64,000 nucleotides of DNA, taken from NCBI GenBank assembly GCA_963769935.1, contig CAVYNY010000010.1:32001-96000 (forward strand), given 5' to 3'. This DNA is from an uncultured delta proteobacterium. Its GTDB lineage: Bacteria; Desulfobacterota; Desulfobacteria; Desulfobacterales; JAFDCJ01. The translations under genes were made by a program, and so were the position numbers. A model generated the notes under the pieces. That model was not told the origin of the DNA. It worked only from the letters and a program-made list of their open reading frames with translations, and did no database searches. This document shows positions 38,429 to 47,576 of the stretch, in pieces (position 1 is the first letter of the stretch; each line of letters starts with the position of its first letter).

Positions 38429-39685
38429 ATGGATCACAAAACAGAAATTCTGGTTATCGGTGGGGGCGCCGTCGGCATTTGCTGCGCATACTACCTTAGT
38501 GCGCTCGGCAAATCGGTCGCGGTGGTTGAAAAAAATGACATTTGCGCGGGCAGTTCATACGGCAATGCCGGTCTTATCGTTCCCAGCCACAGCATTCCGC
38601 TGGCGGCACCCGGTGCCATAACCCAGGGGCTGAAATGGATGTTCAAGCCGGAAAGCCCCTTTTATATTAAACCGCGCCTGGATCGGGAGTTGCTCTCCTG
38701 GTTGTGGAAGTTCCGCGGCGCCTCCACCATACAACACGTGCGCCGGTCCATACCGGTTTTGCGCGACCTCAGTTTGGCCAGCCTGAAATTGTTTGAAGCG
38801 CTGGCCGATACCGAAGGCTTGGATTTCTTTTTAAAAAGAAAGGGCATTGTAGAAGTCTTTAATACCGCCAAAGCATTCAGGGCCGGGGTTGAAGATGTCC
38901 ATTTGATGCAGGAACACGGAATGGAGAACAAAATCCTGGATGCCGGCGAATTGACAGAATTTACCAATGGCCTGCGAACCAATGCGCTGGGGGGGATTTA
39001 TTTCCCGCAGGATGCCCATCTTATCCCCGACCGGTTCGTACATCAGTTAGCCCGCCTGATCGAGAAAAAGGGGGTGACCCTGTTTAAAGCGACGGAAGTG
39101 CTGGCCTTCGAAACCAGCGGCCGTCGCGTAAAAGCAATTAAGACCACCCGCGGCAGCCTAGCGGCCGAAGAAGTCGTTTTGACTGCGGGCTGCTGGTCCG
39201 CTGAAATTGCCCGCCGTCTGCAATTCAGAATCCATATGGCGCCTGCCAAAGGGTATAGCATCACTTTCAAAAAACCGTCACAATGTCCTGCCGTACCGAT
39301 CAAGCTGGCCGAAGCCAGAACCGTACTCACGCCGATGGACGACATGCTGCGATTCGCCGGTACCCTTGAACTTGCCGGATTTGATCAATCCATTAACCTG
39401 CGGCGGGTGCAGGCCATTCTCAAAGCTGTCACAGCATATTTTCCGGATATCAACCCCGAGGCCCTCGATCTGCTCGAAATCTGGCGGGGACTGCGCCCAT
39501 GCAGCCCGGACGGACTCCCCTATATCGGTCGGCCGCCGCGCTACGACAATCTTATCCTGGCAACCGGCCACGGCATGCTGGGCATCTCACTGGCCCCCAT
39601 CACCGGCAAGATTGTCTCCCAGCTGACTGTCAATCAAATTCCCGATATCGACATGGCGGCTCTGAGTCTCGAGCGCTTCAATTAA
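38429..39685 (+). CDS. FAD-dependent D-amino acid dehydrogenase family protein
   Basis: GGGAVG Rossmann fold, SSYGNAG, KGYS, WRGLRPCSPDGLP, ATGHGMLG. Confidence 0.88.
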   Translation: MDHKTEILVIGGGAVGICCAYYLSALGKSVAVVEKNDICAGSSYGNAGLIVPSHSIPLAAPGAITQGLKWMFKPESPFYIKPRLDRELLSWLWKFRGASTIQHVRRSIPVLRDLSLASLKLFEALADTEGLDFFLKRKGIVEVFNTAKAFRAGVEDVHLMQEHGMENKILDAGELTEFTNGLRTNALGGIYFPQDAHLIPDRFVHQLARLIEKKGVTLFKATEVLAFETSGRRVKAIKTTRGSLAAEEVVLTAGCWSAEIARRLQFRIHMAPAKGYSITFKKPSQCPAVPIKLAEARTVLTPMDDMLRFAGTLELAGFDQSINLRRVQAILKAVTAYFPDINPEALDLLEIWRGLRPCSPDGLPYIGRPPRYDNLILATGHGMLGISLAPITGKIVSQLTVNQIPDIDMAALSLERFN

Positions 39686-39797
39686 TCCGCCAATCCGCCG
39701 TGAAATTAGACCGTTCAGGATTGAAAATTGTTCCTTGAAAACAGGAGAACGTAGTTTGATCTGAGGTCCGGAGGATTAATTGCTCTATTCTGCGCAT
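39681..39797. repeat. MITE-like element, copy 1 (ATTAATCCGCC...GGMGGATTAAT)
   Basis: Colinear with 62010-62119; 30/34 identity in the 3' segment; overlaps the TAA stop of the oxidoreductase gene. Confidence 0.75.
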
Positions 39798-39847
39798 ACA
39801 GCGGATTATGGGGAAGGGTACCAGCGAATAACTATTTTCCAATAACG

Positions 39848-41266
39848 TTAGTGGAGCATCTGCGCGGCGGCGCGGCTCAGTTCAATCAGGTGGCCCGGGA
39901 AAATGCCCACCACGGCGATCACCAGAACCATTGCCCCGGTAAGCACTTTGACGGGCAGGGACAGCTGAATGCCGGGCAGCACTTCATCGGGTTCCAGCAG
40001 ATAGGCGGCTTTTATGACCAGCAGATAGTAGTAAAGAGAAATCACCACGTTGATCATGGCTATCAGGGTAAGGGTAAAATAGCCCTTTTCCATGGCGGCG
40101 GTAAATAGCAAAAATTTTCCCGTAAATCCAATGGTCGGGGGAATGCCGGCCAGACTGAAAATCGACACCATCAGCGCCAGGGCCAACAGGGGTGCCCGGT
40201 GGTGCAATCCCGCCAGTTGAGAAATTGCAAGATTCCCGCCGTCGTCCGCCACTTTAATCACCACCAGAAAGACGGTAAATTTCATGATCAGCAAAGCGAC
40301 CGCATAAAAAATCGCGGCGGCGAAGCCGGCGGAATTCATACTCAAAATACCGATGAGAACATATCCGGCATGCGCCACGGTAGAGTAGGCCAGGAGTCTT
40401 TTGAAATCCTTCTGAACGATGGCGGCCAGATTGCCCACCGTCATCGAAACAATCGAAAGCGTAACCAGCACATGTACCAGATACATGCTGCCGTTGCCGC
40501 TGGCGGCGACCATGCGGGTTAAAATTGCAACTGCCGCCACTTTCGAGGCGGTTGCAATATAGGCGGACACCTGATTGGCAGCGCCCTGGTAGACATCCGG
40601 CGCCCAGAAGTGAAACGGAAAGACGGCCAGTTTGAAAAAAAATCCGCACAGGGTCAGCAGCAGTCCAATGACCCCGACCGGCGTTTCAAGAATGCCGGGC
40701 AGCACGTTAATCAGGTCCGTCACATACAGTGCCGGGGTGGTGCTGTAAAGTAAAGCGACACCGAACAGCATCACCGCCGAAGCAACGATGCCCGTCAGAA
40801 AATATTTAATACTCGCCTCAAGGCCCATCTTTTCATCGCGTCTTAAAGCCACCAGGATATAAAGTGAATAGCTGGAAAGCTCCAGGGCCACATATATGGT
40901 CAGAATGTGAACGCTGCTGACCAGCAACATCATGGCCAGCGTGCAGACATTCAGCAGCAGATAAAACTCCGGGTGATGCCGCTCGGCAACACCTTTGAGA
41001 TCCGAGCAAATTGATATTATCAAAAACAGTCCGACGGACAGCGCCACCTTAAATACCTGTGAGAAAAGATCCACCCGATATGCCTGAAAAAAGAGACCTC
41101 CCTGTTGACGGGCGGACGCCAGGCAGACCGCCACCCCGAGCAGCGCCAACAACAATGCCGTATTATAGGCCCGCCGGGGATTGCATTGCTTTGCCAGGGA
41201 TAGAAAAAGGAAAATCAGCCCGCCGGCAAAATAATAAAGCTCAGGATAAAAGAGAAACCAGTTCAT
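39848..41266 (-). CDS. nuoN: NADH-quinone oxidoreductase subunit N (start reassigned to MNWFLF)
   Basis: LELSS, EASIKYF, FKLAVFPFHFWAPDVYQGA, KRLLAYS, SLAGIPP..GF.GK. Confidence 0.93.
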   Translation of the reverse strand: MNWFLFYPELYYFAGGLIFLFLSLAKQCNPRRAYNTALLLALLGVAVCLASARQQGGLFFQAYRVDLFSQVFKVALSVGLFLIISICSDLKGVAERHHPEFYLLLNVCTLAMMLLVSSVHILTIYVALELSSYSLYILVALRRDEKMGLEASIKYFLTGIVASAVMLFGVALLYSTTPALYVTDLINVLPGILETPVGVIGLLLTLCGFFFKLAVFPFHFWAPDVYQGAANQVSAYIATASKVAAVAILTRMVAASGNGSMYLVHVLVTLSIVSMTVGNLAAIVQKDFKRLLAYSTVAHAGYVLIGILSMNSAGFAAAIFYAVALLIMKFTVFLVVIKVADDGGNLAISQLAGLHHRAPLLALALMVSIFSLAGIPPTIGFTGKFLLFTAAMEKGYFTLTLIAMINVVISLYYYLLVIKAAYLLEPDEVLPGIQLSLPVKVLTGAMVLVIAVVGIFPGHLIELSRAAAQMLH

Positions 41267-42738
41267 CACGGCAATCCATTCATAAACGGTATTGAGGCCG
41301 TCCCAATCATGTCGAACATCAGGGAGGGAAAAAGTCCGAACAGCACCAGAACGGCCAGCAAGACCATGCGGGGAATCCCCAGCCCAAAGGAAATATCCGG
41401 CAGGTGGGCATATTTTTCTTTTGGCGGGCCGTAAAAGGTTCGCTGCACAACCCGCAGCATGAACAGGGCGCTGACCACCAGGGCACATACCGCCAGAGTG
41501 CCCCCGAGCGGATAAGTTTTAAAGGCCGCAATGAAAACCATCAGCTCCCCCCAGAAACTGGCCAGACAGGGAACGCCGATGCCGGCCAGGGCGGCAACGA
41601 TGAAGTAGCTTGAAGCCACCGGCATGATGCGGCTCAGGCCGCCGAGATCGGCAATCATTTTGGTGTGGGTTCGATCGTATATATATCCGACGGACGAAAA
41701 TAATAAAGCGGTCATAATGCCGTGGGCAAACATCTGAAACACCGCCCCGTTTAGGCCGTCCACCGATACGGTGGCCAGGCCGAGGCCGACTATTCCCATG
41801 TGGGAAACGCTGGAGTAGCCGATACAGAATTTAAGATCTGTCTGGCTCAACCCCACAAAAACGCCATAGACAATGCCGATGGTTGCCAGCACGGCCATAA
41901 GCGGCGCCCAATACTGCCATCCTTCCGGGCATAGAAAAATACCCACCCGCAGCACACCGAAAGCACCGATTTTCATAAGCACCCCCGCGTGAACCATGCT
42001 CACCGAAGTGGGCGCGGCCACATGCCCCACCGGCGACCAGGTATGAAACGGCCATACAGCCGCCAGGATGCCGAAGCCGATAAACAGAAAAATAAAGGCA
42101 AATTTCTGCTCAAAAGGGGTGAAGATTCCGGGGTGCATAAGAACCGTGACATCGAATGTGTTCAGTCCCGCTTTCACGTATAAATAAATAATCGCCGGTA
42201 AAATCAGTGCACTGCCTGCCAGCAGGTAAAGCGTCAGCTTCATGGCGCCATATTCTTTGCGGGTTGAACCCCAGACGGCGATAAGCAGATACATGGGAAA
42301 AAGCGAGACATCGTACCAGACGAAAATGAAAAACAGATCCAGGCTCATAAAAAGCCCGAAAACACCGAGCACCAGCAGAAAGTAAAGGGCATAGAATTCC
42401 TTGACCCGATAGTCCAGCTCCCACATGGTCAGTACGCCGGTGAAAAACACGATGCCGGTCAGAAGCAGCATGGGCAGGTTAAATCCGTCGGCGGCATTCA
42501 GGTAGGTAATGCCGATCGACTCTACCCAGCGGTATCTCTCGACGAACTGGAGTCCGGCCTGACTCTTGTCGTAGGCCACAAACAGATAGATGGACAGGAT
42601 CAAGGTAATGCCGGAGAAAAACGCACTTACCCATTTGATCTGAGCCTTGCGCTCCTCGGGTATAATGAGGATCACAAAAAGACCGATCACGCAGCTTAAC
42701 AGAATTGTTGTAAGGTACGGAAATCCGGCAAATTCCAT
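41266..42738 (-). CDS. nuoM: NADH-quinone oxidoreductase subunit M
   Basis: PFHTW, AGVLMKIG, YSSVSHMG, QMFAHG, YDRTHT; antiporter-like; position in the operon. Confidence 0.92.
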   Translation of the reverse strand: MEFAGFPYLTTILLSCVIGLFVILIIPEERKAQIKWVSAFFSGITLILSIYLFVAYDKSQAGLQFVERYRWVESIGITYLNAADGFNLPMLLLTGIVFFTGVLTMWELDYRVKEFYALYFLLVLGVFGLFMSLDLFFIFVWYDVSLFPMYLLIAVWGSTRKEYGAMKLTLYLLAGSALILPAIIYLYVKAGLNTFDVTVLMHPGIFTPFEQKFAFIFLFIGFGILAAVWPFHTWSPVGHVAAPTSVSMVHAGVLMKIGAFGVLRVGIFLCPEGWQYWAPLMAVLATIGIVYGVFVGLSQTDLKFCIGYSSVSHMGIVGLGLATVSVDGLNGAVFQMFAHGIMTALLFSSVGYIYDRTHTKMIADLGGLSRIMPVASSYFIVAALAGIGVPCLASFWGELMVFIAAFKTYPLGGTLAVCALVVSALFMLRVVQRTFYGPPKEKYAHLPDISFGLGIPRMVLLAVLVLFGLFPSLMFDMIGTASIPFMNGLP

Positions 42739-42742
42739 AATT

Positions 42743-42777
42743 TAAAATGCCTAAAATGCCTAAAAGTGCCTAAAATT
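42743..42777. repeat. TAAAATGCC 9-mer array at the nuoM start
   Basis: TAAAATGCC TAAAATGCC TAAAAGTGCC TAAAATT. Confidence 0.85.
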
Positions 42778-42923
42778 AATGTGTTCTATCCCTTTTTTAA
42801 AAACAGGGGGCTATGCTCTCTAATTTTGCTTTTCGCGCTATTTCTTCTTGCCCAGTCCTATCCTGACACCCGAAACCTTACATATTATAGCCGACATGTC
42901 GTCAGATAACCGACTCTAACAAC

Positions 42924-44813
42924 TTAGAAGAAGAAGTAAATTCCTAGCAGCACCATGACCGCAAAAATCGTCAGCAGCCGGTATTGCACCATCCCAAGGT
43001 GAAAAAATGAGACCAGCCTTCCGGATTCGACGGTTCCTTTGCTTAATCCCTCGATGCCGCCGTCAATTATTTTTTTATCGTTTTGGGTAGCCAGATTGGA
43101 AACCACACCGTAAATGAAGACATCCAGAAAGCGCCGGTAAAAATGATCGATATACCAGCGTTCGGCAAAAAGATTATTCAAGGGCGCAATTTTTTCGACA
43201 AACCCCACCCGATCGGCACTGCGACGTCCGAATTCCACCCACGCCAGGATCACGCCGAAGGCCGCGCAGCTTAACGCCACCCACGGCAACCAGGCATGAT
43301 GGGCGCCGGGCGCAGCCAGGGCCGACAGGCTTCCCTTAAAAAAGTCTGCCAACTTCTCCTCAAAAAATCCCAGCAGGACTGTTACCGCCGCCAGCGTCAC
43401 CAACGGCCAGGCCATCGGCCAATATCCACTGTGCTGGTGAGCCGGCGCTTGGCCGGCATCCGTCTCGGGTGCAGATTCCCCCGGGAAAAGGATAATAAAA
43501 ATCAGCCGGAACGCGTAATAGGCGGTTAAAAATGCGCCCAGCAGCCCGGCCGCCAGCCACACAGGATTTTTTAATTCGGCCAGGGCACCCAGAATCAGCT
43601 CCTTGCTGAAAAACCCGGACAGAGGCGGCAGCCCGGCCAATGCCGCGGCCGCAATGACAAGACTGACGGTCGGGATTTTCAAACGGCGTCCGCCCTGCCG
43701 GCTGATTTCAAAAACATCATTGCTTCCATAAGCGTGAATGAACACGCCGGAGCAAAGAAACAGCAGCGCCTTGAATCCGGCATGGGTGGTCAGATGAAAC
43801 ACCCCGGCAAAAAAGCTGCCGGCCGCCAGGCCCATGATCATAAAACCCAACTGACTGATGGTGGAATAAGCCCAGACCTGTTTGATATCCCGACTGACCA
43901 TGGCCATGGTCGAGGCCAGCAGCATACTGATCGTGCCGATGGCAAGAAAAATAGTCATGGCCGTCGCCGAGAGGCTGAAAAACGGAAACAGACGGGCAAA
44001 AAGAAAGACCCCGGCCGCCACCATCGTTGCCGAGTGCAGCAGGGCGCTGACCGGTGTCGGGCCCTCCATGGCATCCGGCAGCCAGGTCAACAGCGGAAAT
44101 TGGGCGCTCTTGCCGATGATGCCCCCGAAAATCAAAAGTGCGGCCGTCGTAATCCACGCCGCTGACATCTGAGAGCTCACCTGGGGGCTGTTCAGCACCA
44201 GAATATTTAAGTTGCCCAGATGAACCAGCACCAGCAGGATCCCCAGAAAAAACGCAATGTCCCCGAAACGGGTCATCACGAATGCTTTTTTGCCGGCAGC
44301 GGTGGCGCTGAATTTTTCGTACCAGAAACCGATGAGAAGATATGAGCAAAGACCCACCAGCTCCCAGAAAACATACAGCTGAAGCATGGTGGGGGACAGG
44401 GTCAGATTCAGCATGGCCCACGCGAAAAGGGACATGAACGCATAATACCGGGAAAATCCGGCATCTCCGGCCATATACCCAAGGGAATAGATCTGGACCA
44501 AGAAACTGATCGCGGCCACAATCACAAGCATGAGCAGACCGGTTTGATCGAACAGAAAACCAAATGGAATGGTGATATCGCCCGATACCAGCCAGCGGCC
44601 GACGTATTCGATCGGAGTCTGCAGGTGCCAGTGCCGGGCAAGCAAAAAGACGGCACTTGCCAGGGATATTGTAACTGCGGCAAGCGACAGACCGGCGGAA
44701 AGTCGCGGCGAGTTCCTGGTAAAAACCATAATCAGAAAAAAGGCCACAAACGGCAGCCCGGTAGCCAGTATGGCGGCCGTCAGTGCCGGATTCTGAATAT
44801 AAGTTGGATTCAT
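42924..44813 (-). CDS. nuoL: NADH-quinone oxidoreductase subunit L
   Basis: WELVGLCSYLLIGFW, GKSAQFPL..WLPDAMEGPTPVSALLHSATMV, HAGFKALLFL. Confidence 0.95.
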   Translation of the reverse strand: MNPTYIQNPALTAAILATGLPFVAFFLIMVFTRNSPRLSAGLSLAAVTISLASAVFLLARHWHLQTPIEYVGRWLVSGDITIPFGFLFDQTGLLMLVIVAAISFLVQIYSLGYMAGDAGFSRYYAFMSLFAWAMLNLTLSPTMLQLYVFWELVGLCSYLLIGFWYEKFSATAAGKKAFVMTRFGDIAFFLGILLVLVHLGNLNILVLNSPQVSSQMSAAWITTAALLIFGGIIGKSAQFPLLTWLPDAMEGPTPVSALLHSATMVAAGVFLFARLFPFFSLSATAMTIFLAIGTISMLLASTMAMVSRDIKQVWAYSTISQLGFMIMGLAAGSFFAGVFHLTTHAGFKALLFLCSGVFIHAYGSNDVFEISRQGGRRLKIPTVSLVIAAAALAGLPPLSGFFSKELILGALAELKNPVWLAAGLLGAFLTAYYAFRLIFIILFPGESAPETDAGQAPAHQHSGYWPMAWPLVTLAAVTVLLGFFEEKLADFFKGSLSALAAPGAHHAWLPWVALSCAAFGVILAWVEFGRRSADRVGFVEKIAPLNNLFAERWYIDHFYRRFLDVFIYGVVSNLATQNDKKIIDGGIEGLSKGTVESGRLVSFFHLGMVQYRLLTIFAVMVLLGIYFFF

Positions 44814-44836
44814 CTTCGTACTCTAAAAGATTCGGA

Positions 44837-45139
44837 TTACTTCAATCGGTTGTAATCTGCCGGATCGACTGATCCGGTTTGTCGATAGGCCCACACGATC
44901 AGCGCCAATCCCACCGAGACTTCCGCCGCAGCGATGGCAAAGACAAACAGCACAATCGCCTGGCCATCCAGATTTTGCCAGAGCAAAGATGCGCCGACCA
45001 GCAATACTGCTGAGGCGTTGAGCATGATCTCTACCCCCAGCAGGATCATTATCAGGCTGCGGCGTAAGACCACACAGCTCACACCCATCAAAAAAAGCAG
45101 CCCGGCCAAAATGAGAACATGATTAAACGGGACTATCAT
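44837..45139 (-). CDS. nuoK: NADH-quinone oxidoreductase subunit K (start reassigned)
   Basis: EIMLNA, GQA, AAAEVSVGLA; overlaps the nuoJ stop (ATGA). Confidence 0.93.
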   Translation of the reverse strand: MIVPFNHVLILAGLLFLMGVSCVVLRRSLIMILLGVEIMLNASAVLLVGASLLWQNLDGQAIVLFVFAIAAAEVSVGLALIVWAYRQTGSVDPADYNRLK

Positions 45140-45666
45140 AATTCGCCCTCGGGGGTTTGTCCGGCCGCAGGTCTTCGCGGCAGCCTCGCCAGCAGCAACG
45201 CACCAATGATCGCTACCAGCAGCAGCAGCGATACAATCTCTATCGAAAGCCAATGCTCCTCAAAAATGTACTGCCCCAACACTGCGGGTTCGGCCCGGGC
45301 TGTTTTCAATACAATATGACTGTTCGGATCGGCGGCGATGAGGCCGAGGCCGAGGCCGAGGTAGACAAGCCCGCAAACGATTGCCGGCAGCCACTGCTTC
45401 AATGGCAATAACTGCTGGCCGCTTTTCTCGACTCTGAGCATCATGACGATAAACAAGAACAAGACCATGATCGCCCCGGCATAAATAATGACCTCCAAAA
45501 CGGCCAGCAACGGGGCGCCCAACAGATAAAAAAGCATGGCGCTGCCGAAAAATGAAAAAATCAGGTAAATCACGGCATGCACCAGATCACGCCGGGTAAT
45601 GGCCAGGCCGGTGGTGACCAGAATCAATACTGCCAAAAGATAGAAGATGATTGAATAGATAGTCAT
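45136..45666 (-). CDS. nuoJ: NADH-quinone oxidoreductase subunit J
   Basis: YAGAIMVLFLFIVMML, EIVSLLLLVAIIGA. Confidence 0.93.
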   Translation of the reverse strand: MTIYSIIFYLLAVLILVTTGLAITRRDLVHAVIYLIFSFFGSAMLFYLLGAPLLAVLEVIIYAGAIMVLFLFIVMMLRVEKSGQQLLPLKQWLPAIVCGLVYLGLGLGLIAADPNSHIVLKTARAEPAVLGQYIFEEHWLSIEIVSLLLLVAIIGALLLARLPRRPAAGQTPEGEL

Positions 45667-45692
45667 AATAATTAAATACTAAATACGGTTAA

Positions 45693-45788
45693 GCCGGTTG
45701 GCCGGTGAGCCCGTTAGCCGGTTGGCCGAGTTGGCATTAGGATTGAACCCTTAACCGGCATAACTGGCCAACGGGCAAACGGGCCAAC
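45693..45788. repeat. Inverted 8-mer cassette (GCCGGTTG / CAACGGGC)
   Basis: GCCGGTTG GCCGGTGA GCCCGTTA GCCGGTTG ... TAACCGGC ATAACTGGC CAACGGGC AAACGGGC CAAC. Confidence 0.85.
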
Positions 45789-45798
45789 AGTCTTTCTT

Positions 45799-46335
45799 CT
45801 AAGGCATATTGCTCTTGATATTAACCGGTTTGTCTTCTTTAATATGATCACCTTTGCCCCCGATGTCGGTTGCGATGCCGGCGTATTTATAAAAGCAATA
45901 CTGCTTATCTTTGCCCCCGTGGTCGACCAGCAAGTCCTCTTTTTCATAGACCAGTTTTAAGATGTCTTTCTCGCAGGTCTCAAAGTTGGGTGTCAGCTGA
46001 ATGGCTGAGGTCGGGCACGCTTCTTCACAGAGACCGCAGTAAATGCAGCGCGCAAAGTTGATGCGGAACCAGGGGGCATACCGGCGTCCGTTCTCTTTTT
46101 CAGCCGACTGCATGGATATGCAGCTGACCGGACAAACCGCCGAACACAGATAACAGGCCACGCAGCGTTCGCCACCGTCCGGATCCCGGGTCAGGATAAT
46201 CCGCGCCCGGGTGCGCGCCGGCAAGGGCCGCTTGTACTCCGGGTATTCTTCGGTAATGGGTTTGCGAAAAAGATGTTTGAATGTGGTCGCCAGACCGATT
46301 GCCAATGCTTTCAGTGCTTCAATTGCTTCCGCCAT
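45799..46335 (-). CDS. nuoI: NADH-quinone oxidoreductase subunit I
   Basis: Two 4Fe-4S motifs, CVACYLCSAVCP and CIYCGLCEEACP. Confidence 0.95.
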   Translation of the reverse strand: MAEAIEALKALAIGLATTFKHLFRKPITEEYPEYKRPLPARTRARIILTRDPDGGERCVACYLCSAVCPVSCISMQSAEKENGRRYAPWFRINFARCIYCGLCEEACPTSAIQLTPNFETCEKDILKLVYEKEDLLVDHGGKDKQYCFYKYAGIATDIGGKGDHIKEDKPVNIKSNMP

Positions 46336-46388
46336 GTTATTTCAGATTCCTGTTCGGTTCCATGCAAAATATAGAACCGCAATATCAA

Positions 46389-46477
46389 TTGCCGCTGGTC
46401 CGTTGGCAGTCGGTGTTCCGTCTCATACCGCCTTATACAACCGCAACAATGGACCATTGACAACGGACCAATGACCT
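46389..46477. repeat. Inverted 7-mer cassette abutting the nuoH stop
   Basis: tggtccg ttggcag ... caatgga ccattga caacgga ccaatga. Confidence 0.7.
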
Positions 46478-47459
46478 AGATCAACAGTATTGCTCCGGTT
46501 ACCATTATATTAATCAGAGCCGCCGGTATCAGCACCTTCCACCCCAACGCCATCAATTGGTCATAGCGTAGTCGCGGCAACGTGCCACGTATCCATATCA
46601 TGACCAGCGCCACCAGAATAATTTTAATAAACAGCCACAGCGTCGGCGGCAGAAAGGGGCCGCGCCAGCCGCCCAGGAAAAAAACGGCGGTCAACGCCCC
46701 CAGCACCTGCATATGCACATACTCGCCCAGGAAGAAAAGCCCGAAGCGCATGCCGCTGTATTCGGTATGGTAGCCCGCCCCCAGTTCGTTTTCTGCCTCC
46801 GGCAGATCAAAAGGAATGCGCTTGCTTTCGGCCATGGCGCTGAGGATAAAAATCACAAAGGATAGCGGCTGCACCAGGATGAATGGATAGTCGGCCTGGG
46901 CGTTGACGATGTCCACCAGGCTGAAGGAGCGCGCCAGCATCACGATCGGCACCAGCGAAAGACCCAGTGAAAGCTCATAGCTGATCATCTGGGCTGCACC
47001 GCGGATGCCGCCCAAAAGGCTGTATTTTGAATTGGAGGCCCAGCCGCCCAGAGCAACGCCGTAAACCCCCAGCGAAGACATCGCAAAAACAAACAGCAGT
47101 CCGACGTTAAGGTCGGAGACTACCAGCGGAATTTTCTTACCCCCGATCACCAAATTGTTGCCGAACGGCACAACCGCAAACATCAAAAGGGCGGTCATGG
47201 CCACCACTGCCGGTGCCAATAAAAATATCATGCGGTCGGCCGCCGCAGGCACGATATCTTCCTTGAGCATCATTTTAATGCTGTCGGCAACCGGCTGCAG
47301 CAACCCGAATTTGCCGGCCCGGTTGGGACCGTAACGAATCTGCAGCCGCGCCAAAAATTTGCGTTCAACGAGCACCAGATAGGCTGCCACCAGGAGCAGC
47401 ACTATCAGAACAAGGCCCAGTTTGATGATCAAAAATACAAAACCGATAAGCCAGTCCAT
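46476..47459 (-). CDS. nuoH: NADH-quinone oxidoreductase subunit H
   Basis: ERK..ARLQ.R.GPNR, GWASNSKYSLLG, PFDLPEAE.EL..GYHTEYSG. Confidence 0.96.
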   Translation of the reverse strand: MDWLIGFVFLIIKLGLVLIVLLLVAAYLVLVERKFLARLQIRYGPNRAGKFGLLQPVADSIKMMLKEDIVPAAADRMIFLLAPAVVAMTALLMFAVVPFGNNLVIGGKKIPLVVSDLNVGLLFVFAMSSLGVYGVALGGWASNSKYSLLGGIRGAAQMISYELSLGLSLVPIVMLARSFSLVDIVNAQADYPFILVQPLSFVIFILSAMAESKRIPFDLPEAENELGAGYHTEYSGMRFGLFFLGEYVHMQVLGALTAVFFLGGWRGPFLPPTLWLFIKIILVALVMIWIRGTLPRLRYDQLMALGWKVLIPAALINIMVTGAILLI

Positions 47460-47492
47460 AATCAGATGTCAGTTGTCCGTTGTTTGTTGTCC

Positions 47493-47568
47493 GGTGGGCG
47501 GTGCCCACCCTACATCATTAATTTTCCATATAACGAATCTATGCGTCGTAGGGTGGGCACCGCCCACC
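47493..47568. repeat. GTAG-type REP doublet (perfect 21-bp inverted pair, 34-bp spacer), preceded by TTGTCCG 7-mers (47466-47493)
   Basis: GGTGGGCGGTGCCCACCCTAC (47493-47513) and GTAGGGTGGGCACCGCCCACC (47548-47568); each is itself a hairpin. Confidence 0.85.
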
Positions 47569-47576
47569 TTCACAAA

